In this document: positions 36,410 to 49,010 of the stretch, piece by piece | How positions within the stretch are numbered: position 1 is the first letter of the stretch | Layout: each line of letters begins with the position of its first letter | DNA from: Podarcis cretensis | Taxonomy: Eukaryota | Reading direction: 5' to 3' | Assembly (NCBI GenBank): GCA_951804945.1 | Contig: OX638155.1 | Span: forward strand, 47,740,001-47,804,000 | DNA length: 64,000 nt | Translations under genes and position numbers: made by a program | Notes under the pieces: generated by a model | What the model was told of the DNA's origin: nothing | Seen by the model: the letters and a program-made list of their open reading frames with translations, nothing else | The model's database searches: none

Positions 36410-36497
36410 GTCTACGGCCATACTACCCTGAACACGCCCAATCTCGTCTGATCTCTGAAGCTAAGCAGGGTCAGGCCTGGTTAGTACTTGGATGGGA
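36410..36497 (+). pseudogene. 3'-truncated 5S rRNA retropseudogene (nt 1-88) with TSD and no poly-A
   Basis: GTCTACGGCCATAC...GAAGCTAAGCAGGGTC.GGCCTGGTTAGTACTTGGATGGGA; flanking direct repeat GGAAGTAA(G/A)GAGAAATAGG. Confidence 0.9.
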
Positions 36498-37189
36498 AGT
36501 AAAGAGAAATAGGAAGAAGGTAGACATGATTTTGGAGAGGTTTAAATCTCCATCTACTCCAGCTCCCTAGTGGGGATGCAAATTACCCCCTGCAGGCATC
36601 AGATTGATTATTTGATGAATGGGAAGTGGGTGATAACTGATCTTTAGGTATTTTGGTTCTCTGTCTAAGCTTCTGCTCATGGGGGTGACCAAAGGCCTGT
36701 ACCTTGATATCTGCACAGGAGAATGTGTTTTGACAGCTGCCATTTGTCATAGGAGAAAAGTTGTACCTACTAAGCTTCTGTCTTCTTCTGTGTTTTACTA
36801 CCTCTAATAATGCTACTTGTTTGGTAACACTTCATTGATATGTTCATTGTGACTTTTCCAAGTAAATGCACTTGGATTGATGTGCAAGTCTCTCAACTTT
36901 ATTCTCAGGTTACAATAATAACATAAAGCTTGCTTGTCATTTTTAAAAATACTTTCAGAGGCTTAAAAAAAAATACATTTCACAGTCTGTTATATGAAAA
37001 ATGCAGTCGATCAGCATGCCAAGGCTTGCATTTAATACACTAACTAAACTCTTCTCATTCCTGTTCCTACTCACCATGCACAAAAATGCCTCTTTTGCTC
37101 CCTTTTCCTGGACTGATTAAAACATGTAGCCCAAAGGAAGGTATAGAACCACAGTACTCCATAAAATAGCTCACACACCCTGCATGTTT

Positions 37190-37509
37190 CCACAGAATTA
37201 CTCAGCCCGTGATTTACAGTTCTAATCGTCTAGTACTGCCTGACTGTCTTAGGCAGGGAAAAGGTGATGCCTGCCACACCTTAATGCAGATATACGCTCA
37301 TTTGCAGGAATTAGAAAGCGGTTCGTTAACCTCAAGAACTGCTATGTGTTGCACAACCTGACTCATGTATGAAGTTTTAAAGGAGGGGCATATCACAGCA
37401 CACAGACTGAGTCAGAGAAGCTGAACAATAAGAGGGTAGTATAAGAAAAGGGCTGCATAGCAAAAAGAGACTCCTTGCATGTGAGCAGCAAAGCCTTAAG
37501 CTAAGTAAA
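37190..37509 (+). promoter_or_regulatory. LAMA3: LAMA3A (alpha3A) internal promoter and 5' UTR
   Basis: AP-1 consensus TGACTCA (37359-37365) and TGAGTCA (37408-37414), variant TTACTCA (37198-37204), TATAAG at 37440, directly upstream of the alpha3A first coding exon. Confidence 0.75.
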
Positions 37510-37671
37510 ATGACGGCCGGAATGCAGAGGCCGGGCAACATTGGATGGCTGGTGTTATGCATAGGCCTGAGGCACTGTTTGGTGCATGCTACACAACACA
37601 GGATAGGATTCCCTTATCTTCTTGGCGGAGGGCAGCAGCAGCAAAATCACTGGGATTTTAAACCAAGACAG
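37510..37671 (+). CDS. LAMA3: LAMA3A-specific first coding exon with signal peptide (MTAGMQRPGNIGWLVLCIGLRHCLVHATQH...WDFKPRQ)
   Basis: aaaATG, 54 codons, CAG|gtaacg phase-0 donor compatible with exon 40135; resembles the recalled human alpha3A N-terminus (...MGWLWIFGAALGQCL...VEFRPSQ). Confidence 0.88.
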
Positions 37672-40134
37672 GTAACGTGTGTTCTTTCTTCCCCTATCCC
37701 CCTGCTTTAAGGTGTTTTGTTTTGCTTTTTATAGCCCTGACATAAAAGTGTGTTATGCAGTATTTTGAGTGAAAACAACAACAAGCTGATCTCTTTATCC
37801 ATTGGACTATATGGTCCAGAAGACCTGCTACAAAATGTTGCTGTTTGAGTCGTTAGCTGGGCAGTGTGTTAACCATTTGTAATAGACTCTACTGGTGTAC
37901 AAGGTCATAGAATGGGTAGAAAGGCTGTTTCTAGTCTTTTTCTTTTTAAGCTTGCAGTCCTTGTTTCAAACACAAAACTTAATGAACATTCAGTTTTACT
38001 GTGGCTTTGAAATGTTGACTGCCAGAGTGGTATTGCCATGTGGCCAACAAAATATTTGCTCCCCATCCATTTGAACAAAGTGGACAAATATGCGTTTGTC
38101 ACAACTTACAGTGCACACTCCAGTGTCCTCCATGGAAGTGTTATCTGCACAGGATATCTTATTTTCCTTCAAGGCAATTGAAAATGGAATTTGAGTGTGC
38201 AGGGAAACTACTATTGGAAGAACTTTTTTAAAAAATGTTACATGAGAAAGACAATGGCTAGCTTTAAACTGATTATTTCATATGAACATCTCAAATAGTT
38301 CTCTTTAACTGATTTTTAATAATTGGGTCATAAGTAGCTTTATTTCAGCAAGCTGCTTTTGCAATAATCCATACTTTAAATGCCTGTACTGGTAGCTGCT
38401 GCAGGATAATTCCCTCTTGTGAACAGCATCAACTGTTGTTGTTTAAAAAAATTCTACTACAACCATTCACATAGACCTGTTAATTTGTAATGTGATTTAT
38501 AATCTTCATTTTGTTTCTCCTCACAATAAACAAGTGAGGTTACTCATTATTTTTTCACACATAGGGAGTTTTGCCCAGCTCTAAACAATGTATTCATGAG
38601 AGAGATAGGACTTCAAGACAAGTTTCCCAGAACCACACCTAAGGGCTAAAACTTCACAACTCATTTCATTGTTTGTCCTTGACTTCTTTCTTTCTTTTAC
38701 ACAAATTGCCGCTGGGGGCAGAGGGAGGAAGCAATCTGGATCAGGACACTAGCATGGGGTGGGGATTAATCCTTTGCTAATCCTTTGTCCTCTGCAGTCT
38801 CAGCCAGGAATAAGGTCTCATGCTAAAAGAAATGAATAGACACATGAAGCAGTTCCACACAATTGGGAAGTCTGAATGTGCAAGGTCTCCCATCACGTGG
38901 AGCACCTAGGGATGTACATGCCCCTTTCAGACCTCAAACTTCATGTATGGAGGAAAAGGACAGGTCCAGGGGGGCATGGTGATATCTGGGGTGGGGCCAT
39001 TGTATATGGTCCCTCTTCTCACTCCATTTGTTTAAGCACAGAGAGCATGCATACAGTACTGGGGTTGTCAAGATGCTCACATCACAACTGGACTTCATAG
39101 AAGATTATAGGTTTTGAAGAGGGGATGGTTGAAGTGGTGGCCCAGAGATTATCAAAGTTTTTTTACAATCCCTTTTCATTGGTGAAAGCCACATTTTCAA
39201 TTGATATGCTTTATTGAAACAGGACATGGCTTTTTGACAACTGTGTCTCTTTTCTTTTTTAAAAAATTATTATCCTGCTCCCCAAAATTCTGTCAGTTGA
39301 CATTGATAGCGGAAGAGCAGCTTTACTTCTTAAATGCTTCTAGTTGATGAACATTCTTTTCATGCTTCACTTGTCTTTGGGACAAGCCTGTACGTACAAA
39401 TTGTGCTTCATATTAAAGAATGCCTCCCATTGCCTCAACATAGTTTCATATACCCTCAGGTGAGGAAATCAGGATGAGGTTATTTTACAGCAAGTAGTTT
39501 TGAAAATTAAACTTTAAATTGGTTAAACGCTAATGAACAAACATAGTTCTACAGAAACCTATGGATCTAGAACAAAAACACCTTTAGCTGTATTTTAAAT
39601 ACAGTATTTTACTAAACTGGACTTATTCTGGAAACATTCTTCACAGGATATGAAATATGTCCAGCCAGAACAGCCTTCAGGGGTTTAGGTTGAGAGAATC
39701 CTTCTTGACAGATCTCAGAGCACTGATATATACAGCTACTTTTCAAAATGGTTGGGCAGTTTGTGGACTTTAGACATGGTTGACATTGACTGCATTTGAT
39801 CATATCTCAGTATGACAAGTTATGAAGGAGCCTTTTGGTCTCACACAGAGACCCTTGGCTCACCCCTTCCTGAAAGCAAGCAAACAAGCCAAGAAGTCTT
39901 CCATTAAGTATAGTTTCCTGCTGCGTCCAAACTGAAAAACTTTGGCTATATGTCTTGGCTTACCAAACTGAGATGACTATTAGAATAAAACCTATTCCTC
40001 TTAATCATATAATAGGTATTCATATGACAGTATTTAGCAATTTAATTCCTTCTACCTTAAAATTTCACAGAACACCTCTTTTTAAAGGTATAAACATATA
40101 GCCTTTTAAAAAAAGTCTCCTTCGTATGCAATAG

Positions 40135-40248
40135 GAATGCAGCCCAGGATTCTACCGTGAGAACAGTGGCCTATTAACAGGATGGTGTGTTCCTTGCAAT
40201 TGTCATGGAAATGCAAATAGATGCCTGGATGGTTCTGGAATTTGTATT
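40135..40248 (+). CDS. LAMA3: LAMA3 exon ~39, first exon shared by 3A and 3B (ECSPGFYRE...CLDGSGICI)
   Basis: atag|GAA...ATT|gtaagt, 114 nt, phase 0->0. Confidence 0.95.
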
Positions 40249-40537
40249 GTAAGTAATAATAGCAAAGATTGTTGAGATTTATCACTGCTGTTAGTTACTA
40301 ACCACTGACGTACATAGTAGTTTTGCTCTGTCCAGTATTGCACTAGATCCTAGGCCCTTCTGTCTAGTAGAGGGTAAACAATTGTGTATGCAAAGCAATG
40401 CATATATTGAACCACTCCTCTGAAGTGAATGAGTTCTATGAGCACATGTGTAGTGAACTCATAAAGTGTAGTGATCTCATAAGGGTGTCTGCTTTGGTTT
40501 ATTAGTACAACAACAACACCACCCCAAAGAATTGCAC

Positions 40538-40695
40538 GGTACCTTAAAAACTAACAGGTGTATTATTGTGCAAGCTTTCATGGACTAGAATCAACTTCAT
40601 CAGATGCGTGGAGTATTGTCCAGTAACACTCCACGCATCTGATGGAGTACACCCTCAACCACGAAATATTTACCATAATAAAATTGTTAGCCTGT
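40538..40695. mobile_element. Two inverted Penelope-like terminal fragments joined at a hairpin
   Basis: GCATCTGATG(A/G)...GAAA...AATA(A)A..TGTTAG motif on both strands, diverging from a 17-bp perfect inverted repeat. Confidence 0.55.
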
Positions 40696-42910
40696 ATATC
40701 TATTTGTTGTTTTTCTCGTAAACATAGGTAAAATATCCATCATACAGTATGTGTAAGAATGCAAGTTGTTTACCTGGAATACAAATCTGTCTGTCACAAT
40801 AATAAATGGTTCCATCTCTCTAATCATTTGAAAATGGCACCCAATCTTTTAAAAATGCAACCCATTTAGCAGTGCATTCCACTTGGAAACTTTAGTTCAC
40901 TGATTCTATTTACCTGAACCATGATTGTGGGTATGCTAGTATGATTATGCCAGCTGCTTGCTTTGCAGACTTTAAACACTCATTATAAAACTGCATTTTA
41001 CAAAAAATACAGAATTGCTGCCATTTTTGTGTCTCCAGTTTTCCTGGTAATGTGTGGCTAATGTGTGATGTGATGCCACGGCACTGCAATTCCCACTACC
41101 ATCTCAACTTGTTGGCTGTCTGAACCAGAGAGCGGAAAACATTCAATGTCACACATTGATAATAAGCTACACATTGATAGAAAGACTAGAAAGTGGTCGC
41201 AGCATGTTTCTTTTGTAGCAACTAGTTCTGCCCAAAGAGTGAAAGCTACAGAATGCATGTATAAGCATGTCAAGAGAAGGTAGTTCCGCACATTGGAAAT
41301 GGACAGTTATAATGCAGACATAATTGGTAAATGTCTGATTTCTGCAAACTAATTTTGCAGCAAGATACAAATCTCATCTGAATTGAATTACGCTTTTAAA
41401 AGTGTAATTTACAATTCTGTTGCTAAAGAACTTGCACAAATATGAGCTCTAGTTGAAGGATCAGGGTTTGCATCAATAGCACTCTTGGGAGATTGTTATC
41501 TTGTATTCTATTTCACTGCTTTTGTCTCAATAGTTTATTCTGAAAAGTTATCATAGGATCATGCCCCCTATTCACTGCATGGACTCACTGCCAGATTCAT
41601 TGCATGGGTGCCTTTTTCATTATGAACCTATTTTGGCTGCATTGAAATCCTCTGACGATGATTATGCAATACTTCCCTTGACTTTGGCTTCAACAAACCC
41701 TTTTGGGTTAAACATAGGAATTGTTAGCCAAATCAGCATGTTCCAGGAGATGTATGAATCATAAGAAATTTTGATTAGAGAAATGGGGCAGGCTATGACA
41801 GGAAAACACACAGGCAGGAAAATCAAGAGAAGACAAGGTTTGCTTTTTCAGCCTTGCTACTGCTGTTTTAATAGCCATGCAAACTGTGTTATAGCTAGTG
41901 CCATATATTTGTTACTAATTAATGCAGCTTGCATTCTGTGTGCATAGGTGGTCCCGACTGTTTGATGACTATTGGTTCCAAATTCAAATTGAAAGATGGA
42001 CACTTTCAATTCATTTTGCAGAGGAAATAGTTTTTCCAGGGTGCAGTTATGTGTCCCCATAAAGTAAAAAATGTCAATTCATTGGTGGCAGTTTGATGAT
42101 CTGATCAGGTTTTGTTGCTCTGACAGGTAACATTATGCAACAGAATGAAAGAACAGTGTCCCCCCTCTCTCCCCCCTCTCTCTTTCCCCTTTCCCCTGAC
42201 CACAAGATGTCCAGGACATTAGTATCTTATACCAAACATAAATGAACTGTGGAAAAAAACTGTATGAATTGAAAGTGGAGACGCTATATGTACTTTTCCT
42301 TTTTGATTTATTTATTTTGTAACACAATAAAATCTTCAATAAAAACTAATTTTAAGAAAAATTGTTGTACTTGTCCTGAGGCAATTGCCTCCCTGTATTA
42401 GTGTTGTTGTTCCAGTTGTGTTGGGAATGTTAAGTCCTATGCTAGGGCTGTGAGAAGTACAAAAAAAAAATATCTTTTATTGGACCTGTCTACCTAGATT
42501 TGAGACTATATAAACTTGTTCAAACTAAAGGGCTAAACAGAAAAAAATGGGTAGCAGGATATTCATTTATAGAGAGACTCGAATAGATTGTGAAATGAAT
42601 CCAAAGTTGCTCACAAGTATTTGCATCACTTCCAACTAAGAGTCCGATTCTTGGATGTGTAGTTATTTAAACCAGTGACATGTTAACCAGATGTGTGAAT
42701 ACTGTAATATTCTGCCATCTCTGGCCCCAGCTGAGCAACTTTTCTATAATTCAAGAGAATGAAGACATTGTCAAAGTCATATGTTTGTTCTTGTGGTAAT
42801 ATAATTGTGTGGAGGAAATGGCTTGGAACTGATCAACTCTAATTTTCTCTTGCTGATAATTGAATTGTTGTTAACTCTCTGGTTTTATATATTTGTACAT
42901 ATTTTAAAAG

Positions 42911-43020
42911 AATTGTCAGCATAATACTGCTGGCGAGAAGTGTGAACGCTGTAAAGAAGGCTACTTTGGAGATGCCACGCAAAGAACCTGCAGGGCTTGT
43001 CGCTGTCCTTTTACAAGCAG
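42911..43020 (+). CDS. LAMA3: LAMA3 exon ~40 (NCQHNTAGEKCERCKEGYFGDA...CRACRCPFTS)
   Basis: aaag|AAT...AG|gtactg, 110 nt, phase 0->2. Confidence 0.94.
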
Positions 43021-43255
43021 GTACTGTGGGGGCGTGGGGGAGGGATGCTAGGAAAGGAGAGTTGTGTTTTTCTTGTGCTTGACACATTGACTGATTATTT
43101 GATTGATTAATTTCTATACCACTTAATGTATTAAAAATATCTCTAAGCAGTGTACAGAACGCTGAAGCAACAACAGACAACTTAAACAACATATTACAAA
43201 AATACAGAGTTACATATAAAAATGTTACAGTAATACAAAGTTACTAATATATATA

Positions 43256-43506
43256 AGTAAAGGTAAAGGGCCATTAGGTCCATTCATGACTGACTCTGGG
43301 GTTGCGACGCTCATCTCGCTTTATTGGCTGGGGGAGCCAATAATCTATTTATCTACTTGCACTTTGACGTGCTTTCGAACTGCTAGGTTGGCAGGAGTAG
43401 GGGCCGAGCAACGGGAGCTCACCCCGTCGCGGGGATTCAAACCGCCGACCTTCTGATTGGCAAGTCCTAGGCTCTGTGCTTTAACCCACATCGCCACCCG
43501 CGTCCC
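43256..43506 (-). mobile_element. Sauria SINE with internal deletion
   Basis: Head and tail present; 15-bp TSD TTACTAATATATATA (43241-43255 and 43507-43521). Confidence 0.88.
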
Positions 43507-45356
43507 TTACTAATATATATACTACATCAATATTAATTCATCTATCTTCTGACACACCCTCCCTCTTAGGCTCTGGGTTCTTGCCCAGGATCCAAACAAA
43601 CTTTCAGCTCACCCACAAAAGTCTCACAATAAAGAGTTCATGGAAACAGCAGTCATCACCCTAGTCTCTCACTCTAGATTTGCTTTTTATGGGCAGGCCC
43701 AAGGTGAATGGTACTTCCTCAGACTGCCCACAGCTGTGTCCCATTCAGCTGCACTCTCCACACCCAGTTCAGGTACAGCAGGTTAGTTGAGTGGTCCAGG
43801 GGGTCCAGAGGATGGAGAAAGGACCCCTCTCCACTGACAGCTCTTTCTTCACTCTTTGTCTTCTCCTTATCTTCCAGCTGCTTGACAAAGGTGTTGGACC
43901 ATTCTGCCATGAAAAGAATTATGTCTGCTAAGTGTAGTTTTTTTTTGAATGCTTGAGGCTTCCTTGAGCATGTTATTCCTTAGTTATGGTGTATTTACCC
44001 ATGTTAGTATGGTTCCCTAAAATTTGACACCTGATCCTATGATAGGAGTTGAAAAAGCTACTACTGGGTATATGAATGGGGCAGATTGCAGCTGTCTGAT
44101 CTTCTTGAAATACCACCATTTGCCAAAAGAATATAGGCGGGACAATTAATGACAACAGTGCAAAAACAGTTATATATGCCTGTGTGGACAGAGCACACTG
44201 CAGTGTATGATAGTGGCCTTTTGGGTTTGTTTTCATTTCAAGGGGTGATAGGAATTGATGAAGATTACATTGGACCTGACTCTTCAGAATGAGCTTGGCT
44301 AAAAATGTTTGGGGTCCTGTGAAATAGCAAGACCCTGTAGCACTTAAAATTAGGATAATTAATGGCCAAGGGCCTCAAACATTTGCCAGGTGCAAAAGCA
44401 GAGGTCAAGAGCCTTATGAAAATAACTGATAAACTATAGATAGACTATAGATAGATGATAGATAGATAGAGAGATAGTTTACTTTAAGTACGTAGTTTTT
44501 TCCTCTGAAAACTCACAAATGGTTTCCCTCAGGAGTGTGTAGAAAGTGATTTTTTTTAAAAGCAAATAATAGTGAATGTTTTGCATCCTGATCCTCATGC
44601 CTATGTATGTGTTGCATAGTTGAATGGTGGGTGGGGGACCAAGATTCCCAAGGTGCAAGGATATTTTCTTGGGGGAAGGGAATTGAGAAACTACACCACA
44701 GAGGAGAAGCAGATGTCATAGCACCACTGTCTGAGCAATTTGATGTAGTGGTAGATCTCCTGCTTCCTCTCATGCCCCTTTGTCACCAACAGGCACTGTT
44801 CTTGTGCAATGAGTGAGATCTAGTGAATTGCACAGGTGCCATCATACTACACATGCTCATTTCACTGGGGTTACCAGCCACTATGAGCCTGATAAAGGGT
44901 GGGATGGGCTGGTAGCCTGGCATAAATGCCTTGATCTGCTATGTCGGTATAGACTAAATCTTGTGCAGAATTCAGAGAAGCGAGTGAGTTGTCATAGAGA
45001 TTGTCCATGGTAATGCATCACCAAATACAAAGATTTCTGTAGATAAAAACGCCTCACTTAGAATCCTCAAGGAAATGCAGTACATTTGTATTTGCTCAAT
45101 AATAACACATCAATAGATGTCATTTTTATTCCCTATTTCCTTTTTTAAGGATTTGGTTGTTTGCATTGTTAAGCAGAACAAACTGTTCTCAGAAGGTCTA
45201 GGCAGATAGGCAGCAATACACCTGGACTCTCAATGCTATTTGATATTTTGGCAGCAATTTAAATCTCAGCTTCTTGCAAAATATTGAAACCTGTCTAAAT
45301 ATGCCTGAAGTGTAAAACGTATTTTATATGTATTGTCTTTCTGTTCCTCCCCGCAG

Positions 45357-45437
45357 TTTTGCTAATGGATGCGTGGAAAATGGTGGAGAAATTCAGTGTT
45401 TCTGCAAAGAAGGTTATACTGGAATGCACTGTGAAAG
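45357..45437 (+). CDS. LAMA3: LAMA3 exon ~41 ([26 protein letters not shown])
   Basis: gcag|T...AG|gtgatt, 81 nt, phase 2->2. Confidence 0.93.
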
Positions 45438-46528
45438 GTGATTGTTTGTCTCAATATGGGTTTTCTAATTAAAAAGTGGCACATTGCAAAATATTAGTCT
45501 ACACATCATGCTAAGCCAAACCATGGTTTAGCACAAACATATAAGCATGCAGGCTACTAAAGACAGGAGTGTGATTGCTTTACTTCCTTATCCCCTATTT
45601 TATGGCTCTGGCATGAGCTAAACCATGACCTGGCTCAGCATGTTGTCCAAATCCAGGTTTATGATTGAGCACTCTCCAGATTAACTGTGAGCCATCAACC
45701 TAGAACATGCCTTGGTTATAGCTTGTGGTTAGTGTGCAGAAAGCTAACTCACATGCCCAGGTTCAAGCAACACACTAAGCCAAGGTGTGGCTTAGCTCAA
45801 TACAAGTCTGCAGCATAATAACCAGGGAGCAGCAAAGCAGCTATGGTCTTCTTTCCAGAAGACCCCACACATGGATGTTTGCACCAAGCCATGGTCTGGC
45901 TCCGCATGACAAGCATATCAGCCCATTGTGTATTCTAAGGGTGTGCCATATTAACATACTTGGTCTACAGTCCAAGGCGCTGTGGGGTTTGAAAGCACAT
46001 AGAAAGCTTTCTGCAGATACAACCTGCTGCATTCAATTCAGTGTATTTGGAAGTCTGCACGTTCTGCTGGGATTGTGCACACTGTTCTTGGTTTTGACGT
46101 GAATTACGCAGATCTCCTATTGTACATGAGAGCCCTTGTATGCACTTTGGAGCATTTGGATCTGAGCAGCAGTGTGAAATACAAGTGCAGTCCAAAGAAA
46201 TTTTTAACTCTGCTAAAATTTTACTAATTTCAAAGGAGAGTACACTTCCCCACCCCTCTGGATTGAACCCTATATGTAATAATATGTTGGACAGCTCACT
46301 AAAGCATAGTTAAGCCTGACAAGAATTAACCTAGGTGCACTTCAAGCAGCTGCAAAAAGGATGCCTTAACTGTACAGTAGTTTGTTGTTTTGTCCAAACT
46401 GGCATGTAGTGGGTACTATTAAATGTGGTTCATTTTGAAAGAAGCCAACTTGAAATCAGCTTTGAATTTCAAAGGTAGGAATTGTTGGCCAAGCCAATGC
46501 AGTAAAAAAAGTTGGGTACTGTCACTTT

Positions 46529-46752
46529 AGCCTTGTCCACACTTCCACTTGCCCCATGCCTAGAAAGCATGGGTACAAGAGGTTTTGCAGGCTTCCCCCT
46601 TTCCCCGCTTCTTTCCCAGGCAAAGCCTACTCTTTAGTGCTCAGTTGGAGCAAACATCAATCTGGAGAAAACCCAAATTGCTGTTTGCTCCACTTGAGCA
46701 CTAAAGAGTTGTTTGGGGAAATCAGTAGGAGAAGAGGAAGTGCCTAAGCCCT
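46529..46752. mobile_element. Non-autonomous DNA transposon (MITE), copy A
   Basis: TIR-like ends (CTTGTCCACACTTCC / GGAAGTG..TAAGCC); reverse-complement copy at 49011-49263. Confidence 0.6.
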
Positions 46753-47494
46753 TTGCACTGTGTTCCTCTTAATTTAGACTTTTTGAAACATCATCTCTGT
46801 TGGATGATTTCTTTTCTCCCTAATCCTGGCTTGCATAACTTTGAATTAAGTTCTCTTTCTTTATGTTAATAATGACAACATAATTGAATTTCATGACCAC
46901 ATATTAATTTTCTTTAAGATTCCAGGAGTCCTGAATTACATGTCCAGACAATGAGGAGCAACCTACAACTCTGGCTGGACTAACTGGTCCTTTGCCTCGT
47001 AGGACAATAGTCTTCAACCTTTTCATATCCAGGAGCCATTTTTAACCTAAACATGCATTTGGGGACCCATTTATTAACCTTTTAACATATATTTGGGTGG
47101 TGGGAGTGCTGTAGTTGCGATCTACATTGAATCAGACCATGACCCACGAGTGAGTCCTAACCCACCAGTTGAAGGCCAGTGTCATAGGAGATTTGAAAGA
47201 AACAAGATACAGCCAAGTTTTCTAGGTTTTGCTTTTTTTTTTTTTTTTTTTGGTCAACAGTTGGATTTGCTTTCTGCAGTCTTTCAGATGTTACAGCTAA
47301 CCCCAAATGCTTGATGTGATGTGTTAAGAATTTTTGTGTGTGAAAATTTTGTCAGAATAGGCAATTACAAGTTAAATCTAATAAAATGGCTAGATTTCAC
47401 GACTGGATTTTGTGCAAACCATAATGCCAGCAGAAGATGTTCCAAGCTGAGTAAAAATGTATTAATTGCAAATTGTGTTTTTTCCCCTGTGTAG

Positions 47495-47601
47495 CTGTGC
47501 TCCTGGTTATTTTGGAAACCCACTCAAATATGGAGGTTACTGTCAAAAGTGCAACTGCCCTGATAATGGTCAGCTCATGACCTGTGAGCGCCTGACTGGG
47601 G
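47495..47601 (+). CDS. LAMA3: LAMA3 exon ~42 (CAPGYFGNPLKYGGYCQKCNC...CERLTG)
   Basis: gtag|C...GGGG|gtatgt, 107 nt, phase 2->1. Confidence 0.94.
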
Positions 47602-49010
47602 GTATGTAGAATTGTATAGCTATTCCTAGTGACTGTATTCCATTGAACTGTACAACACAAAGGAAATTGTGTGGACTCTGGACTGCCGCTGCCAGTCAGC
47701 GTAAACAATAATGAGCTAGTTAAACTGATAGTCTGGCTCAGTATAAGGCAGCTTTCTATGTTCCTATGCTGGAGCCAGGAAAGTTTTGCTGCTCAGGCAA
47801 GTTTCCAATCCAAACAGGAAGCTCTACCTGTTCAGGAGCGCCCAGCAACCAACCTGGTTGGCAGAGCCTGGAGAGTGTTCCAAGCTGCAGTCTGGTAGCA
47901 GCTGCACAAGGTCCTAGCTCTAGCCCAGGTAGCTTTTGGCATAAATGCAATTCATTTATTCTTAATATGAATCGACTGAAATGCTTTCTTTCTCAAACGT
48001 AATGTTAACTATCTTCCATTATGCAAAAGCTCCTTCACTAGAGTTGTGTTATTGGTGGATATATTCTGCAGAAAATATGTTGCCTTGCTGAAATTAAAGG
48101 TTGGCAGGACAAGTTTGATCTTGACTCAGAATGCAGTTTTATTTCAAGTTTTGAACTGCTTTTTCCACATCAGCAGCAGTATCACCTGTAATCAGCAGAC
48201 CAGTGATTTTAGTAGGTTCAGACATTATTGCGGTCTTCCACTAGATTACTGAAGCATTTAATTGCATCATCACGGACTGTCCTTAACAGGCTGTAATAAA
48301 AGTTGCATTAAAGCAAGGTGCCAATTAAATATATCGTGCAATATGTATACAGGGGATTTCTACGTGTGGTGGTCAATGGTTAAATGTGAAAGATTACATC
48401 CCCCTTCAGTTTTTCCAATTTGAGCTTCTAGCTTCATATTTTCTTAGCCTGAACAGTTGCTTTCGATTCACACAGTCCACTGAGAGGCTGAATTCATCTG
48501 GCCATGATAGCAGACACATGAATGTTCTGTAAAAAGCCTTTTGTTCCATGTAGCTCAGGCTCAGTCCATTTTAAGTATTCTAATCCAGTGTGTTCATAGT
48601 ATGGGCTAAACACAACCTGGAATCTCCGCCAAGCCATGGAATGTGAGAATAAGGGCTTGTTTTGAGGTTACTTATAGTGGTTTGAGAACTACTGGAGTCT
48701 GGGGTCACATAAGCAGCAGTCTGTACCATACCATGGCTCCTTCAAATGCCAGCATCAATCCTTCAGAGGACCAGAGCAGAATTGGCATGGTCTGGACCCA
48801 TGGCATGGACCCATGCTATGCAACCTTTGATTTCATTGTTGATCAGTATGGGAAAGAGCCAAATGCTGCAGAAGGAACTACTTATTTAATGTTTAGAGAT
48901 TTTTTTGTCATTTGTGGATTCCAAAACTTTATTTGGGTTTGGAATAAATGTGTAAAATTTCAGCATGAAGTATGATCCTGGCCTGACCCAAGGGTGATTT
49001 ATCCTTACAA

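Noticed and set aside
36410-36497. Functional 5S rRNA gene
   Set aside because: Lacks the last ~32 nt and the oligo-T terminator, has CpG decay and a TSD, and is not in a tandem array.
41030-41290. Possible cryptic exon in intron 39 (ctccag acceptor)
   Set aside because: All three frames hit stops shortly after the AG and there is no laminin-like peptide.
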